A stretch of DNA of 64,000 nt from Gemmatimonadales bacterium (lineage in GTDB: Bacteria; Gemmatimonadota; Gemmatimonadetes; Gemmatimonadales; GWC2-71-9), in assembly GCA_037189525.1 (NCBI GenBank), contig JBBCJC010000002.1:384001-448000 (forward strand), read 5' to 3'. The notes beneath the pieces are model-generated. The model had not been told where the DNA came from. It saw only the letters and a list, made by a program, of their open reading frames with translations, and searched no databases. How positions within the stretch are numbered: the stretch's first letter is position 1; the number at the start of each line of letters is the position of its first letter. A program made the translations under genes and the position numbers. This document shows, piece after piece, positions 26,425 to 36,283 of this stretch.

Positions 26425-27654
26425 TCAGCGAAGCACGGCGCGGACCGAATCGAGCGCGCCGTCGTTCGGCGCGGGCTGCACGTCGAGGAGGCGGGCCACC
26501 AGCGCATAGACGTGCACGCTTTGGAACGGCGGAACGGTGAGCTCCGATCGAAAGGACGGGCCCGCTCCAATGAAGATCCCCGCCATCGAGGGGAGCAGGT
26601 TGTCATAGCCGTGATTGCCGCGATTGGTCACCGGTCTGGTCTTCCAGCGCTCCCGGGTTCCGATGGTCCAGCCCTCGTCGGCAATGGCAACGAGAGGACT
26701 GATCCGCGGATGGGCCCGAAAGCGAAATCGCTCCGGCACGTCCTCCCGCCGATAGACCTTCAGCTTCGGATGCGCGTTCTGCAGGGCGCGATACACGGTG
26801 TCGCGTCGTGCCGGCACCGGATCGAGGGTCGTGACCGGTTCCAGATCGACGATCTCGGACGGCGCCAATGCCACGTAGTCGTCGAGGTAGATGACGCGAT
26901 CGGGCGCGATCCCCGTCATCCCATGATCCGAGACGATCACCAGATCCGTGTGTTCGGCCAGGCCGCGCGCGGTCAGACCGTCGAGCAGCGTACCGACCGC
27001 CGCGTCGAGCGCGGCAGCCGCGGAATCCACGGCCGGATGGTCGGGGCCATGGCGATGGCCGACCACGTCGACGCCGTTGAGGTACAGGGTGACGAGGTGC
27101 GGGCGCTGGTCGGGTGGGAGATCGAGCCATGCGAGAACCTGAGCCACCCGCTCCTGCTCGGTGACCCGCGGGTTGAAGTCGCGCCAGTATGTGGGACGTT
27201 GCCCGTCGTAGGCAATCTCGGAGCCGACCCAGAACATCGTCGCTGCCCGCCGCCCCTGGCGCTCCGCCGTGATCCAGATCGGCTCCGCCGCGCTCCACCA
27301 TCCCGGTTTTCGGTTGATCGCCGTATCGGTCGCCGTGAAGCGGCCCAACTGCGGATCGATCATGACGCTGCCCACGATGCCGTGGTGCTCGGGATAGAGC
27401 CCGGTCGCAATCGTGAACAGATTGGGGAAGGTCTTGGTGGGAAAGGCCGGAATCAACCGTTCGCTGCGCACTCCGTGCGCAGCAAGGTTGCGGAGACGGA
27501 CCACGCCCGGCCGATCGAGATCGTTGGGATGAAAGCCGTCGAGCGCGATCATCAGGACGAGTCGTTCGCCGGGCTCCGGTGTGACGGAGCGAGCGACGGA
27601 CCGGGTGCACCCCGCTGCCAGCGCGGTCAGGACGAACAGCAGCAATGATCGCAT
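26425..27654 (-). CDS. Nucleotide pyrophosphatase/phosphodiesterase (alkaline phosphatase superfamily) lipoprotein
   Basis: Lipobox LAAGC, IALDGF, FPTKTFPN (Thr nucleophile), TGLYPEHHG, D..GH..GP, VSDHGM, GNHGYD. Confidence 0.92.
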   Translation of the reverse strand: MRSLLLFVLTALAAGCTRSVARSVTPEPGERLVLMIALDGFHPNDLDRPGVVRLRNLAAHGVRSERLIPAFPTKTFPNLFTIATGLYPEHHGIVGSVMIDPQLGRFTATDTAINRKPGWWSAAEPIWITAERQGRRAATMFWVGSEIAYDGQRPTYWRDFNPRVTEQERVAQVLAWLDLPPDQRPHLVTLYLNGVDVVGHRHGPDHPAVDSAAAALDAAVGTLLDGLTARGLAEHTDLVIVSDHGMTGIAPDRVIYLDDYVALAPSEIVDLEPVTTLDPVPARRDTVYRALQNAHPKLKVYRREDVPERFRFRAHPRISPLVAIADEGWTIGTRERWKTRPVTNRGNHGYDNLLPSMAGIFIGAGPSFRSELTVPPFQSVHVYALVARLLDVQPAPNDGALDSVRAVLR

Positions 27655-27781
27655 CGGCAACAAGATGACGTCCATCATCGTGGCGGGCCAGTCCCGGTCG
27701 CATAGCCGTGACGGGCATGTTGCCGTATTGTTCAGGGTCCGCCTCTCATCCAGACTCATCCGTTCTCGAGGATCGAACCCG

Positions 27782-29245
27782 ATGGCTTCACTCGCCACTC
27801 GATTGACGTTGTCTCTCGCTATTGCCGGCTCCCTGGTTGCGGGCTGCGCGCGGGCGCCGCAGTACGATATCGTGCTCAAAGGGGGGCGCGTGCTGGATCC
27901 GGCCTCCGGCCTCGACGCCGTCCGGGACGTCGGCATCTCGGGCGACTCGATCGCCGCGATTTCCGAGAAGCCGCTCCAGGGCACGACGGTGGTCGACGTC
28001 AGCGGCCTGGTGGTGGCCCCCGGATTCATCGACCTCCACGCCCACGGCCAGACGCCGGGCGACATGGCCTTTCAGGCGCAGGATGGCGTGACCACGGCCA
28101 TCGACATGGAGACCGGCGCGTATCCGGTGGCCGGCTGGTACAAGTCGATGGAAGGACGGGCTCGCCTCAACTACGGCGCCACGGTCGGTCATATCCCGGC
28201 GCGTTTCGCGGTGCTCAACGGGATCGAGATCGGTCATTGGCCCACCAATCCCGGGCCGGCAGTCGCACTCGGCCCCAACCCCGCCGGCGCCAACCGCGCG
28301 ACGACGCCCGCCGAGTTGGAGCAGCTGGCCGAGGCGCTGAAGCGTGGCCTCGACGAAGGTGCGTTAGGCATCGGGTTCGGGATCAACTACACCCCGGCCG
28401 CGTCGCGGGCGGAGATCACGCGCTTGTTCCGGGTCGGCGCCGAACGGAAGGCGCCGGTGTTCGTGCATACCCGCGCCTTCGGATTCGGCGCGATTCGTGA
28501 GGCGGTCGAAAGTGCGCGAGAAGCAGGCGCATCGCTTCACATCGTCCATATCGGCAGCAGCGCGTCGACGGAGGTACCGGTTGCGCTGGCACTGATCGAC
28601 TCGGCGAAGGCGGCGGGCCAGGAGGTCACCACCGAGGTCTATCCGTACACGGCGGGCTCGACGCTCATCGAGTCGGCCCTGTTCAATCCCGGCTGGCAGC
28701 GGAATCTGAAAATCGACTACGGCGATCTCGCCTGGGCGGCTACCGGCGAACGCCTCACCAAGGCCAGCTTCGACAAGTACCGGGCCCAGGGCGGCTGGGT
28801 CATTCTCCACATGATGAAAGAAGAGAACATCGAGCAGGCCATCCGGCATCCCGGTGTGATGATCGCGAGCGATGGGGTGCCGTTCATCAATGGAGCAGGC
28901 CATCCGCGCGGCGCCGGGACCTTTGCGCGCGTCCTGGGCCACTACTCGCGCGAACGCCAGGTCCTGCCCCTGATGGAGGCGGTGCGGAAGATGACGCTCC
29001 TGCCTGCGCAGCGGCTCGAGGGGTACGTTCCTGCCATGAAATCGAAGGGACGGATCGCGGTCGGCGCCGATGCCGATATCACCGTCTTCGATGCCGCCAA
29101 GGTGATCGATCGCGCGACCTTCACCGAGCCGACCGTGACCTCGGCCGGGATTCCGTTCGTGCTGGTCAACGGCGCCTTCGTGGTGCGGGACGGGGCGCTG
29201 GTACCCGACGTGACGCCGGGGCGGCCGGTCCTCGCCAAGCCCTGA
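27782..29245 (+). CDS. Amidohydrolase, N-acyl-D-amino-acid (D-glutamate) deacylase-like lipoprotein, copy 1
   Basis: Lipobox LVAGC, PGFIDLHAH, VHTR, HIVHI, EVYPY, IASDG, HPRGAGTFARVL, GADADI. Confidence 0.85.
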   Translation: MASLATRLTLSLAIAGSLVAGCARAPQYDIVLKGGRVLDPASGLDAVRDVGISGDSIAAISEKPLQGTTVVDVSGLVVAPGFIDLHAHGQTPGDMAFQAQDGVTTAIDMETGAYPVAGWYKSMEGRARLNYGATVGHIPARFAVLNGIEIGHWPTNPGPAVALGPNPAGANRATTPAELEQLAEALKRGLDEGALGIGFGINYTPAASRAEITRLFRVGAERKAPVFVHTRAFGFGAIREAVESAREAGASLHIVHIGSSASTEVPVALALIDSAKAAGQEVTTEVYPYTAGSTLIESALFNPGWQRNLKIDYGDLAWAATGERLTKASFDKYRAQGGWVILHMMKEENIEQAIRHPGVMIASDGVPFINGAGHPRGAGTFARVLGHYSRERQVLPLMEAVRKMTLLPAQRLEGYVPAMKSKGRIAVGADADITVFDAAKVIDRATFTEPTVTSAGIPFVLVNGAFVVRDGALVPDVTPGRPVLAKP

Positions 29246-29261
29246 ATTCGTCGCAAGAACG

Positions 29262-29309
29262 ACAACGCCCGCCCGGCGCACCAAGCAGCCGGGCGGGCGT
29301 TGTGTTTTT
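29262..29309 (+). terminator. Rho-independent terminator
   Basis: 16-bp stem ACAACGCCCGCCCGGC/GCCGGGCGGGCGTTGT followed by GTTTTT, between convergent genes. Confidence 0.85.
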
Positions 29310-29324
29310 GGCGACGGGTCTCGG

Positions 29325-31001
29325 TCAGCGCCGCTCGAATCGGATCCGGAGCATCCGTCCCGCGCTGATATCGAATCCGTCGATGCGTCCGCCGCTGCGG
29401 GTAAAGCGAACCAGGTTGCCCCGCGCCGTGAAGGCATCGGCGAAGGCCGGCCGGAAGGTCAACTGGCCCAGGCCCCGCGGCTTGCTGACCAGAGCGTCAC
29501 CGTCGACCGTCAGGGTCCAGGTCGTGGCAAGTTCCGGACTGTAGTAGGTCCCGGCGTAGGCGGCCAGGCCCGCAGTGCCTGGCGCCGGCGCCGCCGCCGC
29601 CACGCGATCATAAGCGCCGCGGTCGTCCTCGCCGGCCATCAGCCGGAGTTGCGGTGCCGGATTGGCGTCCTCGGGAAAGACCAGGGTCGAATTGCGAACC
29701 GCGAGGCGGCCGGGCCCCGCGGCGCGCGCCGGGGCGCTGAACCCGCCGTTGGTCGACGCGACGAGCGTGTCGTTGCGCAGCGCCAGGGTCAGGACACTCT
29801 CGTGCCGCGGCGAGTAGTAGCTGCCGAGGTAGCGTGCGGCGGCGGTGCCGAGGATCGGGGGCTGGGGTGCGGCCGCGGTATCGGCTTGACGGGGCGCCAG
29901 CGCTTCGTGGAGCACGGCGTCCGTCACGGCCTCTGCCAGCTGGCTGGTATTGGCGCTCCCGACGTTGCAGGTAATTCCGATGCCGGTGTGGTACTCCGGA
30001 AAGCGCGCGTACATGGCGCGGTAGCCGCCCCACGACCCGCCGTGCGACACGCGCTTAAGTCCCCGATAGGTATCGACCGACAGCCCGCGCGCATAGCCGT
30101 GGGCTTTGCCGTCGTTGAGGAGTCCGACCTCCACCATCTGATCCAGAAACGCCGGTCCGCCGACCTTCGGATCGGCAAAATTGCCGTCCCAGCGGGCCAG
30201 CTCCTCGACATTCGACTGGACCTGTCCGTCGCCGGTCTGCTCCCAGTTCGAGACGTCGAGGACGTACTGCGCCGAGTCGACTTCCTCGTAGGCCAGCGCG
30301 CGGCCCGGCACCAGGGCCACGTGGCTGTTACGGAAATGGGTGTGTTGCATACCAAGCGGATTGAAGATCCGCTCCTTGGCAAAGTCCTTGAGGTTCTTTC
30401 CCGAAGCGCGCTCGACGATGATCGACATCAGGAAGTAACCGGAATTGCTGTAGAGCCACTGGCTGCCGGGCGCGAAATTCAGATTCCGCTGGCGGACGAT
30501 CGCGGCCAGCGCGTCGGCGTCGTCGGTCACGTCGTCGGTCCGGAAGCCGCCCAGCGTCATCAGGCCGATGTAGTCGCGGAGGCCGCTGGTGTGGCGGATC
30601 AGATGATCGACGGTGATCGGTCCGCCCGGATACTCCGGCAGTTCCGGGACAAATTTTCGCACGTCGTCGGTCAGGGCGAGTTTGCCGTCCTGGGCCAGGA
30701 GGAGAATGCTCGCCGCGGCAAACTGCTTCGAGGTCGAGCCCAGGTCGAACATCGTCGACGGTCGAATCGGTACGTGGCGTTCCAGGTCGGCCATCCCGTA
30801 GCCCTTGGCAAACCGGATGACGCCATCCTGATATACCGCAACCGCGCACCCCGGCGACGTGGCCCGGTCGAACGGCCGGAAGGCGGCGTCGATGGCTGCT
30901 ACCTGTGCATTGGTGAGGCTGTTGCCGCGATCGGTACATGCGGCAGTACCGAGGAGCGGAAGGACGAGACCGAAGGCGATGACGACCGGACGAGGGAACA
31001 T
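29325..31001 (-). CDS. Serine hydrolase, beta-lactamase/D-aminopeptidase (class C-like) family, exported
   Basis: FDLGSTSK (SxxK), LIRHTSG, YSNSGY (YxN), HGGSWGG, plus two C-terminal beta domains. Confidence 0.9.
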   Translation of the reverse strand: MFPRPVVIAFGLVLPLLGTAACTDRGNSLTNAQVAAIDAAFRPFDRATSPGCAVAVYQDGVIRFAKGYGMADLERHVPIRPSTMFDLGSTSKQFAAASILLLAQDGKLALTDDVRKFVPELPEYPGGPITVDHLIRHTSGLRDYIGLMTLGGFRTDDVTDDADALAAIVRQRNLNFAPGSQWLYSNSGYFLMSIIVERASGKNLKDFAKERIFNPLGMQHTHFRNSHVALVPGRALAYEEVDSAQYVLDVSNWEQTGDGQVQSNVEELARWDGNFADPKVGGPAFLDQMVEVGLLNDGKAHGYARGLSVDTYRGLKRVSHGGSWGGYRAMYARFPEYHTGIGITCNVGSANTSQLAEAVTDAVLHEALAPRQADTAAAPQPPILGTAAARYLGSYYSPRHESVLTLALRNDTLVASTNGGFSAPARAAGPGRLAVRNSTLVFPEDANPAPQLRLMAGEDDRGAYDRVAAAAPAPGTAGLAAYAGTYYSPELATTWTLTVDGDALVSKPRGLGQLTFRPAFADAFTARGNLVRFTRSGGRIDGFDISAGRMLRIRFERR

Positions 31002-31097
31002 GGCTCTCCGCCGTAGAGTGAGAAGGTTGAAGGACCCTGGACCGAGCCCGTCAGAAAGAAGCATAACCGAACCACGAAGTCGATGATCCGAAGGGAG

Positions 31098-32255
31098 TCA
31101 TTCGGCGGCCGATCCGCTCGGGCGTTCGCCGATCCGCCGGTCGCTGGTTTCCCGGCGCGCCGTGGTCAGAAAGGTGGTGAACTCGGTACCACCGGTGCCG
31201 AGCGCTCCGGCGACATCTTTGGCCTGCCGGGTAATGTAGCGCGCCGCGATCTCGAGATGACGCTTCCGGAAGAGATCGAGGGCATCGATGCAGCGATCGT
31301 AGCGGGCGGCGAGGGTCGGGACCGTCGCGCGCTTGGCGTCGACGAAGGTCCGAATCGAGGGCCTCGCTTCGAGGCGTTCCAGAAACGCGTGGTGGGGACG
31401 CGGCATGTATTCGCGCATGGCGGCCAGGAACGGTTGGCTGGCCGGATGGGTGTGGACCACATCCAAGCCGGCGTCGAGCGCCTGAATCAGGGTGCTCTGC
31501 GCCGCGCTGCCGCCGGTCAGGACCCGAGGCGGGCCGGTCACGCCGTCGAATGCGACCCCCGGTTCGACCCAGCTCGCCAGGTAGGGACGGACCCGGAGGA
31601 AAAATCCGCGCGGATCGCACCGCTCGTACATCCGTTCGAGGACTTGGGTGATAGCCGCGATGGCCCGGGCCATGGCGTCGAGCGCATCGGCCACCTCGGC
31701 GTCGGCGTTGCGGGCCACCGCGTCCTGTCCCTGCACGATGGCCGTGAGGGCAGGGGCTCCGGTGGCTTCGATGGCAACGGTGACCAGAATGAACCATTGC
31801 TCGTCGAGGCCGCCCAGAAAGGTGCGCTGGCAGGCCAGGTTGCCGAGCGCGACCGGGCCGTCCGGATCGATCCGCCGCCAGTTGGTGAGCACGTAGGACG
31901 GATGCGCGATGATGCTGGGCCTGCCCAGCCGGCGCGCGACGGCATTCCATGGTTCGGCGAGCGCCCGCGGTAGCCGCGTAGCAGGAGCCTGGTCCTCGGC
32001 ATGGACATAGGCCGAGCCCAGGAAGGACAGCGTCTGCATGGCGCGCTCGAGCGGAGCGCCATCCGCCAACGGGGCGGGGTCCAGCAAGGGCAATCGATCG
32101 GCGACGCTGCGATAGCAACCGGCGGCCAGCAGCGGTGAGAGCTGGTCTGCCAGCCGTTCCCACGGCTCGAACTCGGCGGGGAGCCGGTCGAGCGGGTCCG
32201 CATCCGGCAGAAAGCCGCGTGTCGGTGAAACGGCGTAGGCAGTCAGATCGATCAC
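31098..32255 (-). CDS. Indoleamine 2,3-dioxygenase family heme protein
   Basis: GFLP...P, YVLTNW, FFLRVRPYL, GGSAAQS, REYMPRPHHAFL, FRKRH (proximal His), GTGGT. All align by eye with IDO motifs. GTGA overlap with ampG. Confidence 0.9.
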   Translation of the reverse strand: MIDLTAYAVSPTRGFLPDADPLDRLPAEFEPWERLADQLSPLLAAGCYRSVADRLPLLDPAPLADGAPLERAMQTLSFLGSAYVHAEDQAPATRLPRALAEPWNAVARRLGRPSIIAHPSYVLTNWRRIDPDGPVALGNLACQRTFLGGLDEQWFILVTVAIEATGAPALTAIVQGQDAVARNADAEVADALDAMARAIAAITQVLERMYERCDPRGFFLRVRPYLASWVEPGVAFDGVTGPPRVLTGGSAAQSTLIQALDAGLDVVHTHPASQPFLAAMREYMPRPHHAFLERLEARPSIRTFVDAKRATVPTLAARYDRCIDALDLFRKRHLEIAARYITRQAKDVAGALGTGGTEFTTFLTTARRETSDRRIGERPSGSAAE

Positions 32256-33538
32256 GAATCACCTGCAACGGGAGTACGGTCAACGGCGAGCGGGCCCGTC
32301 CCACGCCACGGCGCAAAGATCGGCAGCAGCGCAAGGCCGGGCACCGCGGCGAGCACGGTCACCAGAAAGAAGGTCGACCACCCCATCTGTTGCACCATCC
32401 ATCCGGCGGGAGCGACCAGCACATCCCGGCTGGCGCCCATCAGGCTGGTGAGCAGGGCGAACTGGGTGGCCGAGAAGCGCGGGCTGCAGAGGCTCATCAG
32501 AAAAGCAATGAAGCCTGCCGTGACCAGACCGGTGCAGAAGTTCTCGACCACGATCGTGGCGACCAGAACGGAGTACTTGCGGCCGACCAGAGCCAATCCC
32601 CAGTAGGCGAGGTTGCTCACGGCCTGCAGGATCCCGATGATCCAGAGTGAGCGATTGATGCCCAGCTTGGCCACCAGCGCGCCACTGGCCAACGCGCCGA
32701 CGATCGTGGCTGCGATACCCAGACCGCCCTGAATGGCCCCGATGTCGGTTTGCGAGAAGTCGAGGTCGAGGAGGAACGGCGTGGCAATCGAGGCGGCGAG
32801 GTAATCGGGCAGTTTGTAGAGGACCACGAAACCCAGCACCAGAACTGCGTTCCGCACCCCGGCGCGACGAAAGAAGTCCTGAAACGGGAGCACCACCGCG
32901 TCGCGAAAAGTCTGGGGCGGTTGCCCGCCCGTGGCGGGTTCCTCGCCCAGCAGGGCGGCCAGAATCCCGATGCCGACCAGCGCCGACAGCAGCAGATACA
33001 CCATCGGCCACGGCATCCGGTCGGCCAGCACGAACGCCAGCGCCCCCGTGGCGAGCAATGCGACCCGATAGCCGACCACCCAGATGGCCGCGCCGGCTCC
33101 CATTTCCCGCTCCGACAGGATGTCCGCTCGGTACGCATCGACGACCACGTCGAGCGAGGCACTGAAGAAGGCGATGAAGATCGCGTTGATGGCCAGTAAC
33201 TTGAGGCCCTGGCGCGGATCGGCCAGTGCCATGGCGGCAATGGCCAGCACCAGCCCGATCTGAATCAGGACCAGCCAGCCTCGACGCCGGCCGAGGATGG
33301 GCGGGATATAGCGGTCGATGACCGGAGCCCAGAGCCACTTGAGCGAGTAGGGAAGCGCCACCAGGCTGAAGAGCCCGATGGTGGTGAGGTCGACGCCCTC
33401 CGTGCGGAGCCAGGCTTGCAGGGTCCGGCTGGTCAGATAGAGCGGCAGCCCCGAGGCGAAGCCGAGCATCGCCAGGACCACCATTTTCTTCTGGCCCCAG
33501 ACGCCTGATCGGGATGAGGTTGGGGCCGGTGTCGACAT
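32252..33538 (-). CDS. ampG: AmpG-family muropeptide MFS permease
   Basis: LGFASGLP, LPYSLKWLWAP..D, GRRRGW, SASLDVVVDAYR, GYR, ATQFALLTS; about 12 TM segments. Confidence 0.92.
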   Translation of the reverse strand: MSTPAPTSSRSGVWGQKKMVVLAMLGFASGLPLYLTSRTLQAWLRTEGVDLTTIGLFSLVALPYSLKWLWAPVIDRYIPPILGRRRGWLVLIQIGLVLAIAAMALADPRQGLKLLAINAIFIAFFSASLDVVVDAYRADILSEREMGAGAAIWVVGYRVALLATGALAFVLADRMPWPMVYLLLSALVGIGILAALLGEEPATGGQPPQTFRDAVVLPFQDFFRRAGVRNAVLVLGFVVLYKLPDYLAASIATPFLLDLDFSQTDIGAIQGGLGIAATIVGALASGALVAKLGINRSLWIIGILQAVSNLAYWGLALVGRKYSVLVATIVVENFCTGLVTAGFIAFLMSLCSPRFSATQFALLTSLMGASRDVLVAPAGWMVQQMGWSTFFLVTVLAAVPGLALLPIFAPWRGTGPLAVDRTPVAGDS

Positions 33539-33631
33539 CCCGTAATCTATCGCGACGCCGATTTCCTGGTACGTTTCGGCCCGCACTCATCCATAGACTT
33601 TCATTCGATTGGCATGCTTCGAGGCACGACC

Positions 33632-35095
33632 ATGACTTACGCTCGAACTTTCGGTGTATTTGCCCTCGCCTTCGTGGCCGCCTGTGCCCAACCGGCACAG
33701 TACGACATCGTAATCCAGGGCGGTCGCGTGATCGACCCGGAAACCGGCCTCGATGCCGTTCGCAACGTCGGGATCACCGGCGACCGGATCTCGGCGGTGT
33801 CCGACAAAGCGCTCGAGGGTGCCCGGACGATCGACGCGGCTGGCCTGGTCGTGGCGCCGGGCTTCATCGATCTCCATCAGCATGGTCACGACGACGCGTC
33901 GTATCGCCTGAAGGCGCTCGATGGGGTCACGATGGCGCTCGAAATGGAAATGGGCGTTCCGGACTATGCCGCATTTCTCGCGGCTCGCGCCAACGGCACG
34001 GTGGTGCACTACGGGGCCACCGTCAGCCACGAGGCGGCCCGGGTCGTGACGTGGGGATATCCGCTCGAGCCCAGCCAGGGCGGCCCAGCGGCGGCCATCG
34101 ACGACCCGGCCACGGGCCCGGTGACCGAAGAGGCAGCGACACCCGAACGGCTCGACGCGCTCCTGGCCTTTGCCAAAAAAGGGCTCGATGAGGGGGCGCT
34201 CGGCATCGGGATGGGGCTCGAGTACACGCCGGGCGCGACGCGTTGGGAAGTGATCCGCCACTTCCAGCTGGCGGCGGAGCGCCAGGTCCCGATCTATGTC
34301 CACATCCGGAGTTCGGGCGCGCTCGAGCCGGGGTCCAGCATCGAGTCGGTCGGTGAGATGCTCGGCGCCGCGGCCGCGACCGGCGCAAGCGTACACATCG
34401 TCCACATCAACAGCAGCTGCATGAGCTTTTCCTTCGACTGTATCAGCATGATCGAAGGTGCGCAGCGTCGCGGGCTCGATGTCACGACCGAGGCCTATCC
34501 CTACGGCGCCGGGATGACGAGCATTGCCTCGGCCCTCTACAACCCCGGCTGGCGGGAGCGTCGCAAGGTGGACTACGGCGATATCGAACTGCCCACCACC
34601 GGCGCCCGCCTCACCAAGGCGACATTCGATGCACTGCGCAACTCGGGGAAGCCGGAGTACGTGCTGATGCACATGAACCCGGACTCGGTGGTCGACCGGA
34701 TCATCGTGCATCCGCTCACCATGATCGCGAGCGACGGGTTGAAGAGCCATCCGCGGGGAGCCGGTACCTACGCGCGGGTCCTGGCGCGCCACGTCCGGGA
34801 GCAGAAGGCGCTCACGCTGCTCCAGGCGATCGACAAGATGTCCCTGATGCCCGCCAAGCGGCTCGAAGGGGTGACCGCGGCGGCCAAACGGAAGGGGCGG
34901 GTTCAGGTCGGCGCCGATGCGGACCTGGCGATTTTCGATCCGGAAACGGTCGCAGACAAGGCCACCTATCGCGATCAGCGGGCAGCGAGCGTCGGGATGC
35001 AGTACGTCCTGGTGGCGGGTGTGCCGGTCGTCTCGGAGGGCCAGCTCGTCGAAGGGGTCGCGCCGGGCCGGGCATTGGTCGCCGACAAGCGCTGA
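33632..35095 (+). CDS. Amidohydrolase, N-acyl-D-amino-acid (D-glutamate) deacylase-like lipoprotein, copy 2
   Basis: Lipobox FVAAC, PGFIDLHQH, VHIR, HIVHI, EAYPY, IASDG, HPRGAGTYARVL. Clear paralog of 27782-29245. Confidence 0.85.
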   Translation: MTYARTFGVFALAFVAACAQPAQYDIVIQGGRVIDPETGLDAVRNVGITGDRISAVSDKALEGARTIDAAGLVVAPGFIDLHQHGHDDASYRLKALDGVTMALEMEMGVPDYAAFLAARANGTVVHYGATVSHEAARVVTWGYPLEPSQGGPAAAIDDPATGPVTEEAATPERLDALLAFAKKGLDEGALGIGMGLEYTPGATRWEVIRHFQLAAERQVPIYVHIRSSGALEPGSSIESVGEMLGAAAATGASVHIVHINSSCMSFSFDCISMIEGAQRRGLDVTTEAYPYGAGMTSIASALYNPGWRERRKVDYGDIELPTTGARLTKATFDALRNSGKPEYVLMHMNPDSVVDRIIVHPLTMIASDGLKSHPRGAGTYARVLARHVREQKALTLLQAIDKMSLMPAKRLEGVTAAAKRKGRVQVGADADLAIFDPETVADKATYRDQRAASVGMQYVLVAGVPVVSEGQLVEGVAPGRALVADKR

Positions 35096-35103
35096 GGCCC
35101 GTT

Positions 35104-35141
35104 CTCCCCAGGCGCAGCACCGGTCGCTGCGCCTGGGGGAG
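35104..35141. terminator. Hairpin between convergent genes
   Basis: CCCCAGGCGCAGC/GCTGCGCCTGGGG 13-bp stem. Confidence 0.7.
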
Positions 35142-35147
35142 TCAGGA

Positions 35148-36092
35148 TCAGGGCTTGTACTTTGTGGCCCCCGGGTCCGGCGTCCACGGGTGGTTCGGTT
35201 CGAAGTGTCGCCAGAGCAGCGCCGAAATCCGTTGCATCAAGACGCCCGATTCGCTGTTCGTTCCCAATCCGTCGTCGGCGGTCTTCCAGATACTCACGGT
35301 AAAGACGTAGTCTCCCGACGGCGCATTGACGACGGCCGTTTCGGAGCGCTGTCCGCGAACCCACCCCTGCTTCGAGGCGACCTGCACCCAGGGCGGGATC
35401 GCAGCAAGCGCAGCTCCGTTCCAGTAGACCCGGGTCAAGGCGCGGTACATCTCCTCGCTGGCTGCCTGGCTGACGGCCTTCCCGTCGCGGATCATCAGCA
35501 TCAGGCGCGACATCTCGCGTGGCGTAGTCTGCCCCCAACCGTACCGCTTCTGATTTTCCTCGCGTCCCGGCGTTCTCGAATTGACGCGGGTCTGCTCGAA
35601 GCCATGCGCAGCCAGCCAGGCGTTGATGGTCGTCCCGGTGCCGGCCAGGTGTTGCAGCCAGAGCGAGCCGGTGTTGTCGCTGGTGGTGATCATCAGCATG
35701 GCCACCTGGCCCAGGGCGATGGTGGCGCTGTCTTTGAGCCCACCGATGATGTCGGCGCCGCGATAGAGCAGGGAATCGGTATAGACGAGGCGGGTTCGGT
35801 AGTCGAGCACGCCGCGATGGATCGCATCGAAGGTGCCTACCAGGATCGGCACTTTGACTACGCTCTGGGTCGGGAAGGTGCTGTCGGCGTTGATGGCCGC
35901 CGTCTGTCCGGTGCGCAGGTGGTGAACATAGAGCCCGACCTCGCCCTTGAAGCCCCGGACCAGCGCCTCGAGCTCGGCTTGCAATGCCCGGTCGGTCCGT
36001 TCGGGGGCGGGCGTCGTCGTGACGGATGCAGACGGGCCGCACCCTGCCAGTAGTGCGATAGCCAGCAGGCTGGGGAGGCGAGAACGGATCAT
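35148..36092 (-). CDS. Class A beta-lactamase-like serine hydrolase lipoprotein
   Basis: Lipobox LLAGC, FPTQSVVK, SDN, TTPREM. KQG replaces KTG and no recognisable E166 omega-loop motif is present. Confidence 0.85.
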   Translation of the reverse strand: MIRSRLPSLLAIALLAGCGPSASVTTTPAPERTDRALQAELEALVRGFKGEVGLYVHHLRTGQTAAINADSTFPTQSVVKVPILVGTFDAIHRGVLDYRTRLVYTDSLLYRGADIIGGLKDSATIALGQVAMLMITTSDNTGSLWLQHLAGTGTTINAWLAAHGFEQTRVNSRTPGREENQKRYGWGQTTPREMSRLMLMIRDGKAVSQAASEEMYRALTRVYWNGAALAAIPPWVQVASKQGWVRGQRSETAVVNAPSGDYVFTVSIWKTADDGLGTNSESGVLMQRISALLWRHFEPNHPWTPDPGATKYKP

Positions 36093-36283
36093 GGTCGCCG
36101 GATCAAAAGGTATGCGGTGCACTCGGCCGGGATGACCGAACGGCGGCGGTAACGATATGACGATACAGCGCACGGCGGCGGTTCGAAAGGCGCGGTGGTG
36201 GGCGCCGTCGCGAGAGACGGCCACCGACGATTGCCTCGGCCGGGCCGGCGGGCGATCTTCCGACTGATCCCATCCCACAGCCC

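Noticed and set aside
27782..35095. Twin amidohydrolases as direct repeats of a composite mobile element or a recent duplication
   Set aside because: The proteins are clearly diverged with indels, and there is no transposase, terminal inverted repeat or target-site duplication. Equal length depends on the chosen starts.
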